This document shows positions 40,572 through 50,381 of a stretch of DNA of 50,381 bases, one piece after another. Location: the sequence record SRR31156797_7389; one strand, given 5' to 3'. The translations under genes and the position numbers were made by a program. The notes under the pieces were generated by a model. That model did not search any database, was not told where the DNA came from, and worked only from the letters and a program-made list of their open reading frames with translations. The stretch's first letter is position 1, and every line of letters begins with the position of its first letter.

Positions 40572-42089
40572 ATGCCTGATATCGTTTTAACCACTTTAAA
40601 TGCACGTTATATCCATGCCTCTATTGGACTGCGCTCCCTGCTTGCAAACCTGCAGGAACTGGAATCAGAGGCAGAGATTATCGAGTTTACCATTGCAGAC
40701 CGACTGCAGGACGTTGCTGAAAAGATTCTCGCCCTGCAGCCACGCATTCTCGGCATCGGAGTGTATATATGGAATGCTCTCCAAGTTGAACAGCTCACTC
40801 AAATTATAAAAATACTCTCTCCAGCGACAATCGTTGTGCTTGGCGGCCCTGAGGCAAGTCACGTTCCTCACAGAGTCAACCTGGATGCTGCAGACCATAT
40901 TGTCCGGGGAGAGGGCGAAACAAGTTTTTATCGCCTCTGCCGCACTCTGTTGGACGATCCTGGAACGGCTGAAAGAATCATTGCGCCAATTCTTCCGGAT
41001 ATCGATGCACTCCATCTGCCTTACGACTATTACAATGACCAGGACATACAACATCGAACCATGTATGTTGAGGCATCCCGAGGATGTCCGTACACCTGCG
41101 AGTTCTGTCTCTCCTCCATTGACAAGCAGGTACGCTACTTTGAAATAGGCGGCTTTATCAACTCTCTGGAAAGCTTGTGGCAACGAGGAGCCAGGAATAT
41201 CAAATTCATTGATAGAACCTTTAACCTTAATTCCGAGCGCGTTATCCAGATACTGGACTTCTTTCTCGCTAAAAGCCCACCTTACTTGGTCCATTTTGAA
41301 GTCGTTCCCGATTACTTTCCCGCCCCAATAAAACAACGATTGTCTCAGTTTCCATCAGGTACACTACAGCTTGAAGTAGGTGTCCAGACCTTAAACGGGC
41401 AGGTAGCACAAGCGATCCACCGTAAATTGGATATGGAAAAATTAAAGGAAAACCTGCACTTTCTTGAGCACCAAACCCATGCCCACCTCCACCTCGATCT
41501 TATTGTCGGTCTTCCGGGGGAATCTCTGGAGAGTTTTGCCTGCAATCTCAATACGCTCACCACTCTGACCACAGGAGAAATACAGCTAGGAGTACTCAAA
41601 AAACTCTCGGGAACCACCATCAATCGACATGATCGGGCGCACAACATGGTGTACTCGCCTTTGCCGCCCTATGAAATACTAGCCAACGACCTGATCGACT
41701 TTGCAACCATGCAGCAGTTTAAACGGTTTGCCCGCTTCTGGGACCTTCTCTACAATAGCGGCAACTTCAGTGGCAGCGTTACTCTCCTCTGGCAAAACAC
41801 CGATACCTATAGCGGCTTTGCTAACTTTTCCTCCTGGCTCTATCAAAACACTCTCTCAACCTGGCAAATTTCGCTTCGCAGAATGGCTGAACTGCTCTTT
41901 CATTACCTCGTGGATGAAAAGCAGCAGCCGCCTGCAACGGTTGCTGACAGTATTGCAGCGGATATCCAAAAAATACAGGGACGCAGGCTGCCCCCCGTCA
42001 TCAGGGAACACACCACCGGTCCATCATTAAAAACCAAGCAAAAAAAAGCAGCAAGTCCTGGAAAAAGGCAACAAAAGCACTTGTTATAA
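40572..42089 (+). CDS. B12-binding-domain radical SAM protein (DUF4080-type C-terminus)
   Basis: TLNARYIH.S.GLR.L, GVYIWN, LGGPEAS, GEGE, EASRGCPYTCEFCLSS, FIDRTFN, HLDLIVGLPGE, PPYEIL, YNSG.F. Confidence 0.88.
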   Translation: MPDIVLTTLNARYIHASIGLRSLLANLQELESEAEIIEFTIADRLQDVAEKILALQPRILGIGVYIWNALQVEQLTQIIKILSPATIVVLGGPEASHVPHRVNLDAADHIVRGEGETSFYRLCRTLLDDPGTAERIIAPILPDIDALHLPYDYYNDQDIQHRTMYVEASRGCPYTCEFCLSSIDKQVRYFEIGGFINSLESLWQRGARNIKFIDRTFNLNSERVIQILDFFLAKSPPYLVHFEVVPDYFPAPIKQRLSQFPSGTLQLEVGVQTLNGQVAQAIHRKLDMEKLKENLHFLEHQTHAHLHLDLIVGLPGESLESFACNLNTLTTLTTGEIQLGVLKKLSGTTINRHDRAHNMVYSPLPPYEILANDLIDFATMQQFKRFARFWDLLYNSGNFSGSVTLLWQNTDTYSGFANFSSWLYQNTLSTWQISLRRMAELLFHYLVDEKQQPPATVADSIAADIQKIQGRRLPPVIREHTTGPSLKTKQKKAASPGKRQQKHLL

Positions 42090-42365
42090 TTTTTTCTCGT
42101 CTCCCCCTGCTTTAATCTTCATATCTTTTTTGTTCACTAGCAGGTTGCCCCGGATATAAACCACTTGAGTTCCTCAACGGCTGAAGAGCACTTTTATGTA
42201 AAGTGCATTTCTCAGTTACCAACCGAGGAAGTTGTCCGCAAAATATTATTTTCGGACAGGCTCCTCCTTATTGTGTGCTATAATTTTTATTACACACGGT
42301 AGAATTACAACTTTCGCTACCGCCCTATCATTTACTTCACTGTAAAGTGTTTTGCGGAGGATTCC

Positions 42366-45300
42366 ATGCTCCACCATAAGCAATCATTATCCTGGGTAGT
42401 ATCTGTTCTCGCCTGTCTATTCTGTGCATCGATTACTGTTGCAGCAGATATCCCGCAACAGCTTGAGCCATGGGTACCATGGGTATTGCATGATCAGGAC
42501 AACAGGCTTTGTACATCCTCATTTGATGGCGAAAAGAAATTCTGTATATGGCCGCATCCGCTGCAGTTGGATGTACAAGACAGTGGTGGATATTTTTCAC
42601 AGACCTGGGAAATGAAAACTCCTGGATGGATTGTCCTTCCCGGCCAAACAAAACTTTGGCCACAACAAGTGGTCATCAACAATAAGTCCGCACTGGTAGT
42701 CAACAAAAAAGGCGTACCAGCACTTCATGTACCTCAATCAGGTGCGTATACCATCAAGGGGAGTTTCACCTGGGCAAGCCTGCCTGAATCAATCAAGGTT
42801 CCTCCCGGTACCGCTTTTGTCGATTTCAAGCTCAACGGCAAAAAGCGGCTTGCTGATATAAACAACAACACTCTCTGGCTTTCCGGCAAGTCCTCAGCAC
42901 AAAAGACAAAAAACGAAGATACCGTTCATACTCAGGTTTACCGGCACATCAACGACACTATTCCCATGGTTATCACCAGTCAAATCGAGGTTCAGATTTC
43001 GGGAAATCCCCGTGAACTACTGATCGACTGGCAACTTCCTGCAAACCAGATACCTATCAGCCTGCAATGCTCCCTACCGGTAAAGATAGGTACGGACAAC
43101 CGGATTCATATGCAGGCCCGGCCCGGTAATTATACAATCGTGTATCAATCGCGCCTTAAAGGCCAGGTAGACACCCTGTTTTTTTCTCCATCCCCAATAG
43201 GTCCGGAAAGAGAATATTGGAGTTTTGAAGCACAAAGTCAGCTCCGCATGGTGAAAATTAACAGCGAAGCTGTGGTTGTTGATCCGAGCCAGACACCTCT
43301 TCCCAAAGTCTGGCATAAATTTCCATCCTATCTGGTAAAAAAAGGCCAGTCACTGAACTTTGAAACACTGAAACGAGGAGACCCAGAGCCTGCTCCCAAT
43401 CGTCTCAACCTCCATCGCAGTCTATGGCTAGACAGCGATGGCCAGGGGATGACCATCAAAGACACCCTCTCCGGGACGGTTACTCAGCAACCACGACTTG
43501 CAATGCAGCTCCCAGCCAAGCTCGGCAGAATGGTAATCAACGGCAGGGATCAACTCATCACCCGGGTTACAGAAGACGGGCCGGAAGGGGTTGAGGTGAG
43601 GCAGGGTAAAATCAAAGGCCTTGCCATAAGCAGAATAGAAAAAACCAATACGTTCCCAGCCGGAGGATGGGGCCAAAGTATCCACACACTCTCTGCGGAT
43701 CTTGTCCTCCCTCCTGGTTGGAAATTATTGTATGCATCTGGTGTCGATTCTGCAAAAACATGGATATCGAACTGGACTCTACTTGATTGCTTTATCGTAC
43801 TCATCATCGTCATTACTTCATTTAAACTGCTGGGGCCTGTGAAAGGCATAATTGCTCTCATCGCGTTAGTACTCTCCTATCACGACCGAGACGCACCAAT
43901 ATTTATCTGGCTGGCCCTGCTTGCTTGTATTGCCATGGTTAGGGCAATGCCGGATTCCAAATTGACCAGACCAGTTACCCAACTCAAGCTTGCGATCCTC
44001 GTTGGCTTGGTCATTATGATACTCCCTTACAGTGTTGAGCAACTGCAAGCAGGATTTTTTCCCCAGCTGGAAAAGGTATCTCATTTCTCTTCTCCTCCCA
44101 TGGAAAACCTGTCATTTGATGCAGTCAAGGATAGCGAACAAGATTCTCTTCCTCAAGCTGCTCGAAGATATGCGACTAAAGCAAAGTCCGAGCTAGCTCT
44201 TTCTTCAGCTAAACGCCGTTACCTATCCAGTCAGCAACATGAACAGCAATATGATGTACAATCCAAGGTACAGGCAGGGCCAGGGATGCCAACTAAAAAA
44301 TGGAGGAACATTCGGCTCTCCTGGAACGGTCCGGTGGAAAAAGAACTGGAATTACGCCTCCTGCTCGTCTCCCCTTTTATCAACCTCCTGCTCATTGTAG
44401 TAAAAGTTGCAGCCGTTTTTCTGCTCGCTTTTTTTATGGTGGACTTTAAAAATGATGCGACTATACCGTGGAAAAAGGCTCTCCCATCGGTTAGCCCTAC
44501 AGCCATCGCCTTGTTTTTTGCTCTTACCCCAATCTCGGCGCAAACCGGATACTGTACAGAATATCCCAGCCAGGAACTCCTCGATACTCTCCGCACAAGA
44601 ATACTGCAGCCAGCTCCCTGTTTTCCAAATTGCGCTGATTTCAACGCCATGGACGTTAATCTTCATGGCAATGAAATTAAAATTAAATTACAGGCCAATT
44701 GCAGTGCGGAGTCAGCTGTAATGCTTCCACAGGGTAAAGGCATATTCTGGCGATCCATCAAGGTTGATCAGCAATCCGCTCCAGCTTTTGCCGATAAAAA
44801 AAACGTATGGCTGCCTCTCCCAGCCGGTCAGCAAGAAATATTCCTTTCCGGAACCATAAACAGATCAGATGTACAATTATTTTTCCCCCTTCCCCCACAT
44901 GTTGTCACCTTCGACGGACAAGGAGAATGGTCGGTTGCAGGACTCGATGAAAACCATGTGCCCGAGGACCGGCTCCAGTTTACCAAACAAGAGACACTGG
45001 CACAGCAAACCGACTTTGGTACGTCCACCCTGCCCCCACTCATGCAGGTCGAGAGAATTCTCCACCTTGGACTTCAGTGGCGAGTTGAAACCATTGTTAC
45101 CAGGATCTCACCAGAAGGGACTGCGGTCTTTCTCTCTATACCGCTGCTTACAGGTGAATCCGTGACAGACCCAGCCTATACGGTGGAAGATCATAGAATT
45201 GCTGTCCACTTTGCCCCTGATGAGCGTGAAAAACGATGGGATTCCGTGTTTAAAAAACAAACACAGATCACCCTGCTGGCTCCACAGTCAACAAAATGGA

Positions 45301-46412
45301 ACGAAATTTGGCGAATGAATGCAAGCCCGATCTGGCATGTGGAAGCAAAAGGTATCCCTCCGATTCATCACCACTCAAATAAAGGGGCATGGCAACCGGT
45401 GTGGCACCCCTGGGGAAATGAGCACCTCACCTTGAACATCTCCAGGCCGGAAGGTGTTCCTGGCCCCACCAAGACCATAGAATCAAGTACCCTGACAATC
45501 AGTCCGGGAATCAGGTCCACCAGCATGCACCTTGACTTCACCATTCGATCCACCCGTGGTGATCAGCAACACGTCATTTTACCTGATGCATCCATTGTGC
45601 AGTCAGTCAAGATAGATGGGCGAAAACAACCAGTAAAAAAGGACAATATCGTCGGTATTCCTCTCCGCCCAGGTACCCAGCAAATCGCTCTTGACTGGAG
45701 AACAGCAGGCGGCGTTACCACCTTTTACCAGGTACCGGAAATTGATCTTGGCATCGTCAGCGTTAATTCAAATATCGAGATACAGATCGGCAAGCGATGG
45801 GTATGGTTCGTCAAGGGACCTAAAATGGGACCTGCTATTCTCTTTTACAGCGAATTGCTGATTATCTTGCTGGTGTCCGTACTTTTGGGAAGATCAAAGA
45901 TGACGCCGCTTAAGAGTTATCATTGGGCGATACTGGGGGTTGGTTTATGCCAGAGCGGCCTGGTACCTTGTTTGATTATTGTCGGCTGGTTTATAGCCCT
46001 TAAAATGAGGCTGGAAAAAGGAAATGAGTTAAATAATGCCTGGTTCAATCTGGTCCAGATCGCGCTGATCTTGCTCACCCTTTTCACCGTAGGTGCACTG
46101 GTTTTTGCGGTCCGTAACGGACTGCTCGGGCATCCCGATATGTTGATCGCTGGTAATAATTCAGACAGTTTCCTGCTCATATGGTATCAGGATCGAGTAA
46201 CCGAGGGCATTCTTCCTCAGCCCACGGTTATTTCAATACCCATGATGGCCTATCGAGTAACCATGCTCGCATGGGCGCTGTGGCTTGCTTTTAACCTTCT
46301 ACAATGGATAAAATGGGGATGGACCTGTTTTACCAATGATCGACCTTGGGCACCAATACGTTTTACCCGCAGAAAAAAAGAGAGCAAATCAGAGAGTGCC
46401 ACTGACTCCTAA
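42366..46412 (+). CDS. Large (1348 aa) membrane protein with two repeated extracytoplasmic-beta plus TM-bundle halves; function unknown
   Basis: Long ORF, RBS GGAGG, signal peptide; two hydrophobic helix clusters, each preceded by a long beta-rich region. Confidence 0.85.
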   Translation: MLHHKQSLSWVVSVLACLFCASITVAADIPQQLEPWVPWVLHDQDNRLCTSSFDGEKKFCIWPHPLQLDVQDSGGYFSQTWEMKTPGWIVLPGQTKLWPQQVVINNKSALVVNKKGVPALHVPQSGAYTIKGSFTWASLPESIKVPPGTAFVDFKLNGKKRLADINNNTLWLSGKSSAQKTKNEDTVHTQVYRHINDTIPMVITSQIEVQISGNPRELLIDWQLPANQIPISLQCSLPVKIGTDNRIHMQARPGNYTIVYQSRLKGQVDTLFFSPSPIGPEREYWSFEAQSQLRMVKINSEAVVVDPSQTPLPKVWHKFPSYLVKKGQSLNFETLKRGDPEPAPNRLNLHRSLWLDSDGQGMTIKDTLSGTVTQQPRLAMQLPAKLGRMVINGRDQLITRVTEDGPEGVEVRQGKIKGLAISRIEKTNTFPAGGWGQSIHTLSADLVLPPGWKLLYASGVDSAKTWISNWTLLDCFIVLIIVITSFKLLGPVKGIIALIALVLSYHDRDAPIFIWLALLACIAMVRAMPDSKLTRPVTQLKLAILVGLVIMILPYSVEQLQAGFFPQLEKVSHFSSPPMENLSFDAVKDSEQDSLPQAARRYATKAKSELALSSAKRRYLSSQQHEQQYDVQSKVQAGPGMPTKKWRNIRLSWNGPVEKELELRLLLVSPFINLLLIVVKVAAVFLLAFFMVDFKNDATIPWKKALPSVSPTAIALFFALTPISAQTGYCTEYPSQELLDTLRTRILQPAPCFPNCADFNAMDVNLHGNEIKIKLQANCSAESAVMLPQGKGIFWRSIKVDQQSAPAFADKKNVWLPLPAGQQEIFLSGTINRSDVQLFFPLPPHVVTFDGQGEWSVAGLDENHVPEDRLQFTKQETLAQQTDFGTSTLPPLMQVERILHLGLQWRVETIVTRISPEGTAVFLSIPLLTGESVTDPAYTVEDHRIAVHFAPDEREKRWDSVFKKQTQITLLAPQSTKWNEIWRMNASPIWHVEAKGIPPIHHHSNKGAWQPVWHPWGNEHLTLNISRPEGVPGPTKTIESSTLTISPGIRSTSMHLDFTIRSTRGDQQHVILPDASIVQSVKIDGRKQPVKKDNIVGIPLRPGTQQIALDWRTAGGVTTFYQVPEIDLGIVSVNSNIEIQIGKRWVWFVKGPKMGPAILFYSELLIILLVSVLLGRSKMTPLKSYHWAILGVGLCQSGLVPCLIIVGWFIALKMRLEKGNELNNAWFNLVQIALILLTLFTVGALVFAVRNGLLGHPDMLIAGNNSDSFLLIWYQDRVTEGILPQPTVISIPMMAYRVTMLAWALWLAFNLLQWIKWGWTCFTNDRPWAPIRFTRRKKESKSESATDS

Positions 46413-46493
46413 GGTTTCAGGCTATACCGGAAAAAAATCTACCAACTTACAGCGAGGGCAGTCGTTGGGCTGAGTGTAATCATAACAGCGAAT

Positions 46494-47153
46494 TCACCGC
46501 GCCTGCCATGCCTGCTCCCAAAAATCGATCTCGCACTGCAAGCTGGTAGTAAAGCTATTCATTGCTTCCTCCTGTTCCGGTAAATCAGTTTCCTGTGCAT
46601 AACGGTTAAGGCATTGTATCCATTGCGCTGCCATCTCCTGAACCGACGCATCAGCATACAGGTCCAGCCAGAGGCGGAAGGGGTGCTCAGGATTTTTTGT
46701 TTCCGGCCGCATACCCAGCCGCCGTCCCACCTCGGCATACAAGACAGTACAAGGGATTGCCGCTGCGAGTCCTACCAAAACAGAGGCATGTCTAGTCGCA
46801 TTGCTTTCTTGACGAATATAAGCCTCGGTCGCAAGACCCGGAGGTTCGGCTCCCAACTCTACTCCCAGTTCACCTAAAAGCTCCTCCTGAATCCCTAGCT
46901 CTGCCTCTTCTGAGAGCAGAGCGGAATCAACAAACAATTTTTTATCAGCCTCTGAGGATACCCGATCTGCCAGAGTTCGGCACACCTGTATATAGTTCTG
47001 CAGGTACAGACCGTCCTGAATCAGATAATGCCGTATCTGGGGGATACTCAGGGTGCCGACAGCCAACCCTTCAACAAAAGGGTGTGTTGCGGCCTGCTCC
47101 CACTTCCCTGCACAGGCTGCCAGACAGCGTTGATAAAAAGAAGAGGTACTCAA
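46494..47153 (-). CDS. tenA: TenA/THI-4 family protein (thiaminase II-like)
   Basis: HPFV..L..GTL, YLIQD..YL, PC...[16 protein letters not shown]. The likely start is TTG at 47153 after GAGGGG; the ORF track extends it to 47207. Confidence 0.85.
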   Translation of the reverse strand: MSTSSFYQRCLAACAGKWEQAATHPFVEGLAVGTLSIPQIRHYLIQDGLYLQNYIQVCRTLADRVSSEADKKLFVDSALLSEEAELGIQEELLGELGVELGAEPPGLATEAYIRQESNATRHASVLVGLAAAIPCTVLYAEVGRRLGMRPETKNPEHPFRLWLDLYADASVQEMAAQWIQCLNRYAQETDLPEQEEAMNSFTTSLQCEIDFWEQAWQAR

Positions 47154-47188
47154 AACACTTTTCCCCTCTTCTTTTCTCTTTTCTGATC

Positions 47189-47890
47189 TCAAGGTTTGAC
47201 AGCGCATACGGCCACATAATCTCCCGAGTCATATCCAGGGATAGGGTCCTGCGGTGTCGTATCGGAAAAACAGGGATGACGTGTCAGCGTCTGTGCATAG
47301 AAAAGATCTTCAAATCCAGCCTTCAATGCGGAATCAATTTTATCCTGAGTCGGACGCCAGTTAGCTCCACCGGCTAACTCAACTGGATAAGGATCACGCG
47401 GGAGCACTCCACGGAGCCGTTCATCATTCCAGGTGCCATAGGCACCACCAAGGCGATACAGAATCCCGTAGGAGCTTTCAGCCGGTACATCGATAAGCAG
47501 CACACGCCCACCTGGCTTGAGAATACGATATGCTTCTGTCGCTGCCGCATCCAGGTCTGCAATATAGCTTGGCGAGCCATTGAACATCACCGTATCATAC
47601 AACCCGTCACCAACAGGCATCTGCTCAGCACCTGCCTCGGTCACGGTCATACCACGCTTGCGGGCGATCTCCCCCATCGGTGCAGAGGGCTCCACGCCTT
47701 CTGTTATTGAAACACCATATTCTGAGAGTAAAAGCTGCTCAAACAGTCCCGTTCCACAACCAACACTCAGGGTTCTTCCCGGCGCAGTACCAAGCACATG
47801 CGCCACCAGCCGCAGCTCAGATTCAAGAATAGCCTGATTTTTTTGAAACCAGGCATCATACGCATCCGAATAATCATCAAATGTAATCAT
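47189..47890 (-). CDS. Class I SAM-dependent methyltransferase
   Basis: FD.Y...[37 protein letters not shown]. Confidence 0.9.
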   Translation of the reverse strand: MITFDDYSDAYDAWFQKNQAILESELRLVAHVLGTAPGRTLSVGCGTGLFEQLLLSEYGVSITEGVEPSAPMGEIARKRGMTVTEAGAEQMPVGDGLYDTVMFNGSPSYIADLDAAATEAYRILKPGGRVLLIDVPAESSYGILYRLGGAYGTWNDERLRGVLPRDPYPVELAGGANWRPTQDKIDSALKAGFEDLFYAQTLTRHPCFSDTTPQDPIPGYDSGDYVAVCAVKP

Positions 47891-48044
47891 TTACCAACTC
47901 CTTCCAATTCAAAACAAAAAATAAATCGCAAATTGCAATACAGAAATATACATCGATATAAAACGAAGAAACGACACAGAGAAAATCAGACGTGCCTTAA
48001 AAGCACTACCCACAAAAAGAAAGCTGAAAAGCTCATCAGAACCT

Positions 48045-48830
48045 TCAAAGAGGCACTTTTTCCGCCTCACGGTCCTCCTCTTCTCCCCCTTTCGACAAGT
48101 GCAAAATGGCTTCATTGGCTAAAATTAAACCAAAGATACCAGTCAAGGTCGGCAGACTACCAAGGATGACACGTTTTCGTCCACGGTTTTCATATTTATT
48201 TGCAGGTGGTACGTTTGGATCTGACACAGGTGGAGTGTAGGTAAAGGTAACCTTTTCTGTTGAATATACGCAGCGGATGCCGGTCTCTATCCCAATTCTT
48301 CTCAGTCGTTTACGTACCCTTTTCGCAAGTGGACACCCACGGCTTTCTGCGATATCTCCCACTGCAATTTTTCCGGTGTCAGTTCGTAACGCGGCACCCA
48401 TTGAAGATAGAAGAGGGATTCCCCTGTTATATACTTCTGCAAGCAATTGTATTTTGGGGTTAAGACTGTCAATTGCATCAATGACAAGATCCGGGGTGGG
48501 ATCCAGGATGGTGTTCAGCGTTTCCTGATCAGCAAATACCTCTTGTGCCTCTATCCGGCAATTGGGATTAATGGCACGTACCCTTTCTTCAGCCACCTTG
48601 GCCTTGGGCTGATAGAGTGTTGATTCAAGAGCAAGAATTTGCCGGTTGATATTACTGGGTTGAATGGTGTCAAAATCAAAAAGACGCAGGCTGCCGACAC
48701 CGGCCCTGGCAAGCCCTTCCACAGCATAGCCGCCAACAGCACCAAGACCAATCACAACCACAGTACTTTTCTGCAGCCTTCTGAACCCACTATCTCCGAG
48801 AAGCTGCTGTGTGCGTAAAAATCTTTCCAT
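48045..48830 (-). CDS. tcdA: ThiF-family tRNA threonylcarbamoyladenosine dehydratase
   Basis: GLGAVGGYAVEGLARAGVG, SNINRQ, VIDAIDS, SSMGAA, CPLAKRVRKRLR, VYSTE. Confidence 0.87.
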   Translation of the reverse strand: MERFLRTQQLLGDSGFRRLQKSTVVVIGLGAVGGYAVEGLARAGVGSLRLFDFDTIQPSNINRQILALESTLYQPKAKVAEERVRAINPNCRIEAQEVFADQETLNTILDPTPDLVIDAIDSLNPKIQLLAEVYNRGIPLLSSMGAALRTDTGKIAVGDIAESRGCPLAKRVRKRLRRIGIETGIRCVYSTEKVTFTYTPPVSDPNVPPANKYENRGRKRVILGSLPTLTGIFGLILANEAILHLSKGGEEEDREAEKVPL

Positions 48831-49635
48831 TTTCCCAGACAGATACCTTTAAATCTTTTAGGTTTATCTTTTTTAATTGCGCAACCTTTTGATAAAGGTC
48901 TGCTACCCACATAGGTTCATTGTATGCTCGTCCCTCTTTAGCCATCCACCCAGGCGCCAATTGATCCGGAGCATCGGTCTCAAGCAGTAATCTTTCCACC
49001 GGTGTCTCGACTAACACCTTTTTCAGCCTAGTCTCATCTTTACCGAGCAGACGTGTGGAAAAAGAAATATAGGCACCAGCCTTAACCAGCCTCCGCATCG
49101 TTTCTACAGAACCTGAGTAGGAATGAAGCATGACAGGAGGTGCATCTGGCCCGGCAAACTCCTGTTCTAAAACGTCGACCACTTTCCCCCAACTCTTCAC
49201 ACAGTGAACAACCAGGGGACGATGGTATTGAAGAGCAATATTAACCTGGGCCCTAAACAATGTAATCTGGTGATTAAAATCAACCGGACAACGTTTATCG
49301 AGCCCTGTTTCCCCCACACCGCAGCTATGCTGCTCAAGTATCATGCAAAAACGACCTTTCCAACCCTCTGTTGCCGAATCTGCATACCAGGGATGGATAC
49401 CAATAAAGGGTATAACCCCAGGTATGGTCTGAGCGAGTTCAACCACCCTTGTCCAATCTTTTTCCGAGGTAGCATTACAAAAAAATCGTTCTGTACCTTT
49501 TTGTCTGGCTCGGCCAATGACCAATGGTAATTGGTCTTGAAGACGTTTATCCTGCAGGTGTAAATGGGCATCCAGATAGCTTGCCGCAGTATTCCTGTTG
49601 AGAACTTCTGCTGAGGATTTCATATTAATTTTCAC
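48790..49635 (-). CDS. TatD family hydrolase/DNase
   Basis: DAHLHL, GIHPW, GETGLD, VVHC, LHSYSG, LLETDAP. The start could be 49623. Confidence 0.92.
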   Translation of the reverse strand: MKINMKSSAEVLNRNTAASYLDAHLHLQDKRLQDQLPLVIGRARQKGTERFFCNATSEKDWTRVVELAQTIPGVIPFIGIHPWYADSATEGWKGRFCMILEQHSCGVGETGLDKRCPVDFNHQITLFRAQVNIALQYHRPLVVHCVKSWGKVVDVLEQEFAGPDAPPVMLHSYSGSVETMRRLVKAGAYISFSTRLLGKDETRLKKVLVETPVERLLLETDAPDQLAPGWMAKEGRAYNEPMWVADLYQKVAQLKKINLKDLKVSVWENGKIFTHTAASRR

Positions 49636-50173
49636 AATAATAATACCGCATACCCAGTTACAAGACTGGTACCCTCACTTCGGCTGTCAAAGAATTCTTT
49701 CTTCTATAGAAATAAACAAGCTAACAGCTCAGTCAATATCTGATTCATATTAAAGGGCGGAATCACGGGCAACTGATAGCTGCCAATGAAGAATTGGAAA
49801 GGTGCAACAACGTCTTAGAATAAGACTGCAAGGACAACGCTCCATCCCATAATCACGGTATTCTTCCAGGAACTGCTTGAGTTGATAGTGCCGGCAAACA
49901 CTCACCACTCAGTAGCGGACATGGTAATTAAAGAAGAACTCCGGTGCTGTCTGACCTACTGGGATTGGAACTGGCAACCATGCCTTCTCTGTCCACAATC
50001 TCTACCGATAATGGACAGAAACGGAAGCAAAAACGATAGTCACCCTGAAAAATTATTTTTCAAAGTCTCAGGTGATAATAATAAACAGGAGGGATAAGAT
50101 AACGGACACCCTGACGCAGCACTCCCAGATTCAGCCACTTTTTCCCGCCCTGAAACCGTTTTGCTCGTCCGGA

Positions 50174-50205
50174 AATAAAAAAACCGGACCACATATATGA
50201 TCCGG
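50174..50205 (-). terminator. Intrinsic terminator, the probable expression platform of the cobalamin riboswitch
   Basis: Minus strand CCGGATCATATATGTGGTCCGG followed by TTTTTTTATTT. Confidence 0.75.
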
Positions 50206-50270
50206 GGATGCCCTGAAAGTCCTCGTATCGAAAGCGTCTTCACATGCCTAGAAAAGATCACTTCGCACTT

Positions 50271-50381
50271 CAGGCAGGTCTTCTGACTTCCGGATCATTC
50301 TACTCACTGCGCCTTCCCGATATATATATCAGTGACATTTATGCAGTTTTCGTCCCCGGTTACAGCGGCGGGCCCGTCTCC
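50271..50381 (-). promoter_or_regulatory. Cobalamin (B12) riboswitch; 5' part cut by the window edge
   Basis: Minus strand GGGCCCGCCGCTGTAA...GTCACTG...CGGGAAGGC...AAGTCAGAAGACCTGCC (B12 box), with the elements in canonical order. Confidence 0.92.

Noticed and set aside
47891-48044. TPP riboswitch upstream of methyltransferase-tenA
   Set aside because: No CTGAGA or matching aptamer core on the minus strand; the spacer is simply AT-rich.
50040-50261. 73-aa minus-strand ORF as the riboswitch target
   Set aside because: It starts inside the expression platform, runs through the terminator, and has no RBS or recognisable protein features.

Overview
A mostly housekeeping window from a moderate-GC deltaproteobacterium. 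Gene content and the style of rpsA, guaB and pilT suggest Desulfobacterota (Desulfobulbales-like); this is inference. In order it holds: the 3' end of a hybrid histidine kinase; alkaline phosphatase, a TonB-C-like lipoprotein and ppk2; a fragmented sensor-kinase pseudogene; a TIGR01212 (YhcC/YtqA-type) radical SAM fused to an MnmC-type methyltransferase domain; fetAB; and a NikKLMQO-type Ni/Co ECF operon with two NikR-like operators. Next come an SCO/cytochrome c/Met-rich lipoprotein cassette, a P2A-like ATPase with a non-canonical PTALP motif, comEA, an FAA-hydrolase gene with an in-frame stop, ilvD, and a PilT-family ATPase with a Zn-ribbon/pseudo-receiver partner. These are followed by rpsA-ihfB, a Sua5/YciO-family gene, guaBA-NYN/CSD, glk-TVP38-disulfide oxidoreductase, degP/Q, acnA, a B12-binding radical SAM, a 1348-aa internally duplicated membrane protein and tatD-tcdA-methyltransferase-tenA. 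A cobalamin riboswitch at the right edge has no intact gene directly behind it. The best candidate for a little-described system is the radical SAM-methyltransferase fusion, possibly an O2-independent substitute for bifunctional MnmC in tRNA mnm5(s2)U34 synthesis. Next are the altered P-type ATPase, the Ni-ECF plus copper-chaperone locus, the orphan B12 riboswitch and a candidate structured RNA before glk. No CRISPR array, rRNA, tRNA, intact IS or prophage was seen. All family calls come from motif recognition, without database searches.
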